DNA of 64,000 nt from Bdellovibrionales bacterium (GTDB lineage Bacteria > Bdellovibrionota > Bdellovibrionia > Bdellovibrionales > UBA1609), in assembly GCA_965219095.1 (NCBI GenBank), contig OZ244719.1, positions 637,327 to 701,326 on the forward strand, written 5' to 3'. Of this stretch, positions 46,437 to 53,557 are shown piece by piece. The translations under genes and the position numbers were made by a program. Each line of letters opens with the position of its first letter. The first letter of the stretch is position 1. The notes below the pieces were generated by a model. It was given only the letters and a program-made list of their open reading frames with translations, did no database searches and was not told the DNA's origin.

Positions 46437-46704
46437 TTTTTTTCGTAATTTTGATTTTCTTTGTGCTTTATTCTTTAAGAACGAAGCTCACTTGTATACT
46501 CAAAAGGCGTTTTAATGAGCCTGTAAATTAAATTGTGTAACTGATTTTTTCATTTTAAATTTTACCCTCATTTTTTCACACTTATTTTAACCCATCAATC
46601 GATTCACACAACAAACAGATATACATGAAATAAACATATCTTATGAAAACTCACCCCTCCCCTCAAAAGAATCTGTGAATTCCCACAGATTCTTTTGAGG
46701 AGGC
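46437..46704. repeat. IS debris: inverted IS66 3' tail, TGTAAATTAAATTGTG family, ISL3-IR palindrome
   Basis: 46437-46516 is the reverse complement of 49560-49640. 46505-46657 matches 5440-5577. Palindrome at 46658-46704. Confidence 0.8.
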
Positions 46705-46818
46705 AGATTTTTTAATAGAAGGTCAATCCATAAACCAACTTAAAAATCCTTGATGAATGTTTTCATAAACCTTTGAAAAAGTAATGGGAGAGCCATGCCA
46801 ATCATCAATCAGCATATT

Positions 46819-47988
46819 TTAAAACAAGCTCCTACATGTATTGTTACGCTCTCTTTGTGATAGCGTCTTTGTTTGTTCCGATGTGTTTTGCAAGGAAGTA
46901 AATGTGTTTTTTAATTCAACAATTCTCTTCTGAAGATTACCGAGTTGAGTGCCAATTATTCCTTGCTTTTTATTTCTTTGCTTTTTATTTCTTTTTATAT
47001 CTTCTTCTATTTTCTTTTCTAGAGTTTCAACTATAATTAGCCACCCAGAATATTTCATGATCGACTTTTTTGATAAAACTTCCCCTATCAAATCATTACG
47101 AAAAGCATAAGAATCTCTTTTTTCAATCAATTCCAAAATCCAACTAGCCCATGTTAAATAGTGTATTTTGTAAAAGCTTGACAAAATTTTTATCATAGGT
47201 CTTTCAAAAACACTATAAAACCCTTCAAGCCTCAATCTATCCATTAAAACTTTCTCTATCCAAAATGCCAAAGCGGAAATACTATCTTTCTGTTTTAATT
47301 GTTCTGATAACGATGGTTTCGGGTTTTTTACAAATTCTTCTGCAAGAATTTCTGCAAGAGTAAAATGAGTATGATAGCCCTTTTTAGCATTAGTCAAAGC
47401 TTGCATTAGTCTTAACTCTTCTGATTCTTCAGGCTGTTGTTTCTGAGGAAATTTTGTCACCTCTATGTCACCTTGTGCGTTCTGCTCCTTTAATTTCCTC
47501 TTCAATGTTTGAACATCGAAAGCTCCTATTTCTATCAAATTTTTCATGGGTATATTTTTGTCCAAGTCTATTTGAAAAAGACCCTTTCTTAAGGTTTTTG
47601 ATATCCTGTTTATATGCCATATACGCCTTAGGCCAACATCTACAACTGCTAATTTTCCCATCAAAATGATTTTCGCCAACTCTTCACGTTGATAAGGTGT
47701 TATACTTTCTATCAACTCTTGTGGGAAAACCTCCCTTAAAATAACTTTAGGGTCTAGTAATAGTCTGCGCATTAATACTTGGTTGACTAGATTTGCCATA
47801 ACTCTCCTATGATTCTCTTCTTCAGTAGCTTCTTCAGTAGATGTTTGCGATAGAACTGTTTCTGAGGTGAAAGACAGGAAGCTTAGAATTAGAAATAAAG
47901 AATAAAGCGAGGACTTTAAATTTAATGTAATGTAAGGAAAGTTCTTACGAACCTCTAATGTGGATTTTAAAATTTTTTTTGTTTTCAC
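46819..47988 (-). CDS. hypothetical secreted or membrane-anchored protein
   Basis: 389 aa. Hydrophobic segment SLYSLFLILSFLSFTS near the N-terminus, helical remainder, basic C-terminus. No motif recognised. Confidence 0.5.
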   Translation of the reverse strand: MKTKKILKSTLEVRKNFPYITLNLKSSLYSLFLILSFLSFTSETVLSQTSTEEATEEENHRRVMANLVNQVLMRRLLLDPKVILREVFPQELIESITPYQREELAKIILMGKLAVVDVGLRRIWHINRISKTLRKGLFQIDLDKNIPMKNLIEIGAFDVQTLKRKLKEQNAQGDIEVTKFPQKQQPEESEELRLMQALTNAKKGYHTHFTLAEILAEEFVKNPKPSLSEQLKQKDSISALAFWIEKVLMDRLRLEGFYSVFERPMIKILSSFYKIHYLTWASWILELIEKRDSYAFRNDLIGEVLSKKSIMKYSGWLIIVETLEKKIEEDIKRNKKQRNKKQGIIGTQLGNLQKRIVELKNTFTSLQNTSEQTKTLSQRERNNTCRSLF

Positions 47989-48672
47989 TTTTTAAACCTC
48001 CTTGTTTTTCTTTTTGATAGACTTCCTTGTCTCCTTTGCTTAATACTCAATAGGGCTTTCTTTAGACTTTAGACTAGTTTATAAAAAAAGTCAAGAAAAA
48101 GATTTTGGTTTTTCATCGTTGATAAACGTTAAAATGCATGGAAGTTCTAACAAGTGGTGTGATAATTTTTGTCAGTGTATAAAGTTTATACACCTTTTTA
48201 TGATGCCTTATTTTTTATGATGCCTTATAAAGAGTGATTTTAAAAGCTTTCAAAAGGACTTTGACTGGCATAAGAGCTACCGTCTATATTTATGAAAGAC
48301 GGAGGAGGTCGAATCTGATCTGAAGAGCCTTAAAGAGCCTGTAAATTAGAAGAGCCGTCCTCTTCAAAAGCTCTCTTACAGACTGCCAGAACCTCCGGGA
48401 ACCCACAGATGTTCTTTCTCTCAGTCCAATAAAACTTTGGAGAGAGTAGAAATTTCTCAAATCGAAATAAAAGCTATTTGAGATGTTGATTCAACAAAAG
48501 ATAACGAAAAATACTATTTGAATGTGTTTTTATTTGAATTTTTTAATGCGACATGTTATTATGTTCTTTTAGCAGTTAGTTGACACAATTGATTGCACTT
48601 AGGCTGTATAGACGAGAAAATATAATAAAACTTGAAAGCCTGGGCTTTCAAAACAAAGAAGGGAGAAGTAAA

Positions 48673-49329
48673 ATGAAAAAAACAATTTTAACAACAATGG
48701 TGGTTTTCACCATGGTTTTTCAAGGAACGTTCGCTTTTTCTGCTGCTGAAACCATTTCTGAAAAAAACTTAACTGAAGAACAAAAAAATGACTTAGCTTT
48801 TGCCACTCTAAAGTTTTTAAGTGAATATCGAGATGAGATAGGAAAGAGCTCAATTTTAATAGCCTTTGTAAGTGCTGGTTATACAATACTTAAATTAGGT
48901 GAAGCTAATAGGCTTGGCCTTACCCTATCCCGTCTGGGGCTTGCGTATGTGCAAAACCCATTCCAATATACGGTGGGGGGAGGTATGTTTGCGAAAGTAA
49001 AGGCTGAGAAGAGACTAAAAGTCTTAAAAAAACGAATCCCCATATCATTCGGTATTGGATTTGGATCAATGGCTGTGAGTATACTTTTTCTCTTCACTCC
49101 TACTGAAGTTGCTGTTGGTACTATGGATGCGTATTATTTAGAAACTGAAGAAGGTCGTAAAAAGCTTGTGAACATGACAGAAGAGGAACAAAAAAGAGCC
49201 ATTAGAGATTATCCCGGGTTAGGAGAAGGACTTACCAACATAGGTCTTGAAATTCTCAATGCTGTACATGCCGCAGCATATGCTGCAGAAGAACATCCCA
49301 CTGAAAGAATGGAGTTGAAAGCTTTTTAA
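48673..49329 (+). CDS. hypothetical secreted/membrane protein
   Basis: MKKTILTTMVVFTMVFQGTFAFSAAE signal peptide after a GAAGGGAGAAG RBS. Internal hydrophobic segments. Locally GC-richer. Confidence 0.55.
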   Translation: MKKTILTTMVVFTMVFQGTFAFSAAETISEKNLTEEQKNDLAFATLKFLSEYRDEIGKSSILIAFVSAGYTILKLGEANRLGLTLSRLGLAYVQNPFQYTVGGGMFAKVKAEKRLKVLKKRIPISFGIGFGSMAVSILFLFTPTEVAVGTMDAYYLETEEGRKKLVNMTEEEQKRAIRDYPGLGEGLTNIGLEILNAVHAAAYAAEEHPTERMELKAF

Positions 49330-49365
49330 GAGGTAAAAAACTTTCCAAGATTATCACTTGACAAA

Positions 49366-49805
49366 CAATGAGGCAGAAAGAACGATTCGACATTCTGTGA
49401 TGGGAAGAAAGAACTTTCATGGATGGGTCAAGGACTTAGAGAGGGGCTGAAACAGCAGCAGTGCTTTACACTATTGTGGAAAGTTGTAAAAAGGTGGAAT
49501 TAGATCCTAAGGACTATATTTTAATGGCTGTGGGAAACTCCCTCGATAAGATACCTATTAAAACGCCTTTAGAGTATACAAATGAGCTTCGTTCTTAAGA
49601 GAATAAAACACAAAGCAAATCAAAATACGGAAAAAAACTAGGAATTATTCTAGAAGAACTTCTCTACATTTTTGTAACAGGGAAAGCCTTAGGTAAATGT
49701 TTTACAGGCTTATTTTACAACAAGATCAATAAAAACTTCTCCTTTAAAATCTAAGAAACATCCTCCGCCAGTAGGAGTCAAGGGCTGTTAAAAAACCGAC
49801 TTACG
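49366..49805 (+). mobile_element. IS66 3' remnant (uninterrupted version of 29540-34727)
   Basis: Frameshifted TnpC C-terminus plus tail ending CCGACTTAC at 49805, directly abutting an ISL3-IR fragment (49806-49821). Confidence 0.75.
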
Positions 49806-49854
49806 ATTCTTTTGAGGAGGCATATTTTAGATCATTATACAAACAATGATTTAG

Positions 49855-50133
49855 AAAAAAGTGTCGAATTAATTTTTGTAATTGGTATAAAATGAAGATT
49901 TTTGAGTTGAACCGCCAAGGGCGGAGAGGGACAGGATGTCCCGAAAACTAAAAAATGCAAAGACAGAATGTCTTATCCCTTTATACACTAAATCATCAAT
50001 TTTATGTGCTGTTTCTTAACTGCTTTCACTCACAGATTTCCGTGAGGAGCCTAAAAATTTAACAGAGTTTGATCAAAAAGCCAGGATGCTATGCGATAGA
50101 AGAATGTTGAATTAATTTTTGTAATTGGTATTA
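49855..50133. repeat. two MITE half-copies
   Basis: ...GTCGAATTAATTTTTGTAATTGGTATAA at 49862-49890 and ...GTTGAATTAATTTTTGTAATTGGTATTA at 50105-50133. Confidence 0.7.
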
Positions 50134-50450
50134 GTTGGAAGTTGCGTATGGCTCTGAAACCGCTGAAGTCAGGATAAATGATCCTGATTCTGTGACCCTA
50201 GAATCTCTTAACCTATTGTAATTATTGATTTATCGCTATGTGTTGTGTCGAAGTCAGGAAAAAGAAGAATTACAGGAGAAAGTATATTTAAATAAAGACC
50301 AGCTAAAGTGATTTAGAAATTTTGAGTTTTATATAAATAAAAAGAAATTGCATAAGGTATTGTGATTGCTTTGAACCGAATGATATGATGGTTATATGTG
50401 TGGACAAGTTCTGAATCGCACCTCCCTAGCTAATTTTTTTGGATTCTTAA

Positions 50451-51230
50451 ATGGGTGACAAAGTTGTAAGATGTAAAAAATCTAATTTGAGAGAGACATG
50501 GGCAACTCTTGAGGGGCTTCCAAATCCTGAGAAAGTTCATGTAATAGAAGAGCAAATTTCTGCTCTAACCCATCATATAAGAACAACTATTTTATCAAAA
50601 AAAGAATATGAAGATTCGCAAAGAATAATAACCTCCATTACGAGTCTGCCCAATCAAGGGGTAATGCCTTATTGGGCCAATGAATTTCGTTGGCAAAATA
50701 AGGGAGAAAAAATTTTACGAATTGGAAATAACTTCTTAGGGTTTCATACTTTACACAAAGAAGAACACAAGTATAGAACATATGCTGAAGATCTTGAACC
50801 ATTAATCAAAGAAGTTACAGAAAGAATAAATGCTGACAACGCTTTCTTAGTTAAAAGGACTATATTTCGTTATATCAATATCTTTTTTCTGGACAGAGAG
50901 GGGTTTAATTTAAATGAGTATTTTGATGTGAACTGCTCAATAAAGTTAGATAATGAACCTGTTCCTTTGTCTGGTTTTCTTGCTAACTTTAGCTTTAATG
51001 GTTTAAAAAATAATACGACACTAACTTTAGACTTTAAAGCTCAGCCGTCAAATGATAAAATATTTTTAATAATAGAAACTACTGGACATCAATCACTTGA
51101 AAAAAGTGTTACTATATCAGATCAAAAAATCTTAGAGGTTCTTCGATTATTGAAAGAGGAAACTAAATGTGCTTTTTTTAGATGTGCAAAAGAAAAAATA
51201 AAAAATATACTGGAGGTAGAATATGAGTAA
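50451..51230 (+). CDS. cassette gene A: 259-aa protein of unknown function (possibly TIGR04255-like)
   Basis: No signal peptide, transmembrane segment or catalytic motif recognised. The segment FRWQNKGEKILRIGNNFLGFHTLH..KYRTYAEDLEPLI recalls the TIGR04255 family pattern from memory only. Confidence 0.6.
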   Translation: MGDKVVRCKKSNLRETWATLEGLPNPEKVHVIEEQISALTHHIRTTILSKKEYEDSQRIITSITSLPNQGVMPYWANEFRWQNKGEKILRIGNNFLGFHTLHKEEHKYRTYAEDLEPLIKEVTERINADNAFLVKRTIFRYINIFFLDREGFNLNEYFDVNCSIKLDNEPVPLSGFLANFSFNGLKNNTTLTLDFKAQPSNDKIFLIIETTGHQSLEKSVTISDQKILEVLRLLKEETKCAFFRCAKEKIKNILEVEYE

Positions 51231-51624
51231 CAATTTTTTTAATCACTATAGCAGGAATAAAGAAGCAGTTCATAATGACTTAACTTCCGGAGATGTTTCA
51301 ACTCCGCCAATTATTATTTCTGCAAATGGCCTTCTTTGTAAATACGACAATGGAGAAAACTTTGAAGAAAATCTGCCTCTGTTATCTCACATAAGAGAAT
51401 TAAGCTCGGTTATTTTAGATAATTTCAAAGATGAGGCCATTATGGAAGATTTATATTGCGATTTAAACTATAAAAAACTATCTGGTAAAAAATTAACACA
51501 GGAAGAGAAAGTTTTAATGTCAGAAATTGATAGACAATTAAGTCAAGCTAGATCTATTTTTTCAGATGATCCAAAATATCTCAAGGCAAAAAAAGAAATG
51601 AAACAACATTCAAACGAATCTTAA
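51223..51624 (+). CDS. cassette gene B: 133-aa acidic protein, unknown function
   Basis: Its ATG overlaps the 3' end of gene A by 8 nt (GAATATGAGTAA). No motif recognised. Confidence 0.55.
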   Translation: MSNNFFNHYSRNKEAVHNDLTSGDVSTPPIIISANGLLCKYDNGENFEENLPLLSHIRELSSVILDNFKDEAIMEDLYCDLNYKKLSGKKLTQEEKVLMSEIDRQLSQARSIFSDDPKYLKAKKEMKQHSNES

Positions 51625-51636
51625 TTTCTTTGTCAA

Positions 51637-52074
51637 ATGGCTAAGATACCATACGTACGCCCCTATGAGAATTCTGGAACAAATTATAAAAGGTATAAAA
51701 AGTGGCTCGGTGAAGTTTTTTACTCAAATACCTGTGCTTTTTGTTTTCTTTCTATGACGCCTAATTCTCCAACGATTGAGCATTATTATCCAAAAGGAAA
51801 ATTTCCTTATAAAGAATCTGATCCTAAGAATTTATTACTTTCCTGTTCTGGGTGTAATAGTATAAAAAGTGATTTTTTTGACGAACAAAACCCTGGTATA
51901 ATTTTTAACTGCCGTAAAGAGAATTTATCTAAAATTCTTGATATTAACAAAACCACAGGAGAACTTAAGCCCAAAAAATCTCTGAATGATAAAAAAAAGG
52001 AAAGAGCTCTTTTTAATATAAAAAAATTTAAATTAAATCTTCCACGCCAAAAAAAGATCGAAAAGATCTTATAA
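51637..52074 (+). CDS. cassette gene C: HNH endonuclease
   Basis: CAFCFLSMTPNSPTIEHYYPKGKF...NLLLSCSGCNSIKS is CxxC...EH...N...CxxCNxxK, the beta-beta-alpha-metal (HNH) finger signature. 12 nt after gene B. Confidence 0.75.
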   Translation: MAKIPYVRPYENSGTNYKRYKKWLGEVFYSNTCAFCFLSMTPNSPTIEHYYPKGKFPYKESDPKNLLLSCSGCNSIKSDFFDEQNPGIIFNCRKENLSKILDINKTTGELKPKKSLNDKKKERALFNIKKFKLNLPRQKKIEKIL

Positions 52075-52249
52075 AGATGCTGAGCTTTTCTCAAAAATAC
52101 AAGAAAACAGATGCAATTGATGAATTTCTTTCTGATAGATACTTATTTTTTCTTATCTTAGGAATTAAAATAAAGCCATGTTCTAAAAAAAGAATTTTAA
52201 AAATTCGAAAAGAAAATATAGAGAAATATAAAAAGGGTTTATTGTAATA

Positions 52250-52362
52250 TCAATTCCAAAAGTTCATTCTACATTTTCATGTATAAGTTTGGATTTTTAC
52301 TTCTAGAAAATTTAGCCTCCTCAAAAGAATCTGTGGAAACTCACAGATTCTTTTGAGGAAGC
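52250..52362. repeat. IS630 type-1 internal fragment plus ISL3-IR mini-palindrome
   Basis: 52250-52314 matches 10683-10748. 52315-52362 is GCCTCCTCAAAAGAATCTGTGGAAACTCACAGATTCTTTTGAGGAAGC. Confidence 0.8.
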
Positions 52363-52583
52363 AAATTATTTTTTCACAAGTCCTAACCCAATTAAAGGCT
52401 TCAATATGAAGGGCTTTTACTTTCTATCTTTTCGAATGAATTGTGTAAGTCTTGAAAACAAATTCACACGAAAGCATGAGTTTGCTAAAAAAAGAAGGCC
52501 TATGTAAGCCCAGTAAGGGCCTCCTGCCAAAGTCCATGCTAGGAGAAGAAATCCCACAAGCCAGCTTAAAAACCTTTCCAATT

Positions 52584-53159
52584 TCATGGCCTGTTTAAAA
52601 TTTTTTGTAACTCTCCTGACTGGAACATGTCCATGACAATATCACAGCCACCTATGAGATTTTTGGAAACATACAATTGGGGTATCGTAGGCCAATTACC
52701 ATAAACTTTCACACCCTCTCGTATTTTATCATCATCTAAAACATTGATTGAACTAAATTCCACGTCACAGGCATTGAGAATCTCTACCACTTTAGCTGAA
52801 AAGCCGCACTGAGGTGCTTCTGGGGTTCCTTTCATAAACAAGACAATTTTTTTTTGATTCAGAACGTTTTCTATTTTAGTTTTTGTTTCTTGATTTAAGT
52901 TCATGGGGTTTTCTCCTTTGTGAGTGTTGTTAGAGGGGCTTGTTTTTAAACTCAGAGCGTGAATCTCTCCTGTTTTTAGCTCTTTTTTGAAAAGTGACTT
53001 GATTTGTCTGTGTTGTTCTATCACTTGTAAGTCTTTGAACTCAGGGGTTGAAATATGAATCTGCCAATAATTTTCAGTACCTGTAAGGTCTTTAACCAGA
53101 ACTTGACACATGGGGTAATTTTCTTTGATACGTTTTTGAATGTCTTCTTTCTTAAGCAT
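52584..53159 (-). CDS. BolA-domain / monothiol glutaredoxin (CGFS) fusion protein
   Basis: N-terminal BolA-like region (...WQIHISTPEFKDLQVIEQHRQIKSLF...IHALSLKT). C-terminal Grx4-type region (VLFMKGTPEAPQCGFS...WPTIPQLYV...IGGCDI). Confidence 0.85.
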   Translation of the reverse strand: MLKKEDIQKRIKENYPMCQVLVKDLTGTENYWQIHISTPEFKDLQVIEQHRQIKSLFKKELKTGEIHALSLKTSPSNNTHKGENPMNLNQETKTKIENVLNQKKIVLFMKGTPEAPQCGFSAKVVEILNACDVEFSSINVLDDDKIREGVKVYGNWPTIPQLYVSKNLIGGCDIVMDMFQSGELQKILNRP

Positions 53160-53224
53160 TTCTTTCTTCCTTTATATAGGATAGGTCTGGACAGTCAATA
53201 ACTCTTTGTGTTAGAAATTAGAAG

Positions 53225-53557
53225 ATGAAATGTTTTGAAAAAGCACCTCACTCTCATATTCGTATAGAAAAACAAAAAGCTCAGAAGCTAAAGAAATCGT
53301 CATGGTGGAAACAGAAGCTTTCAGAGGGGATTTGTTATTACTGTGAAAAAAAACTTCCTCAAACACAACTTACAATGGATCACAAAGTTCCTCTTTCTCG
53401 AGGAGGGCTTTCTTCACGTTCTAATGTGGTGTTAAGTTGTGTGTCTTGTAATTCAAAAAAAATGTACTGGACACCTGCGGAAATAATTTTACAATCAGAA
53501 CTGAACAAAGGAGATCTTTTTGCAAGTCAACAAAACAAAGAAGATTGTAACAAGTAG
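53225..53557 (+). CDS. small HNH endonuclease family protein
   Basis: KSSWWKQKLSEGICYYCEKKLPQTQLTMDHKVPLSRGGLSSRSNVVLSCVSCNSKK is a classic small HNH protein layout. Confidence 0.8.
   Translation: MKCFEKAPHSHIRIEKQKAQKLKKSSWWKQKLSEGICYYCEKKLPQTQLTMDHKVPLSRGGLSSRSNVVLSCVSCNSKKMYWTPAEIILQSELNKGDLFASQQNKEDCNK

Noticed and set aside
52077-52250. 57-codon ORF directly after the HNH gene, as a confident fourth cassette gene
   Set aside because: It is below the ORF-track threshold, has no RBS or motif, and runs into an IS630 fragment. I mention it only as a possibility under the cassette finding.
43095-52583. Island as a prophage or integrative element
   Set aside because: No integrase, recombinase, capsid, terminase or conjugation genes are present. 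The only mobility genes are IS-type transposase fragments.
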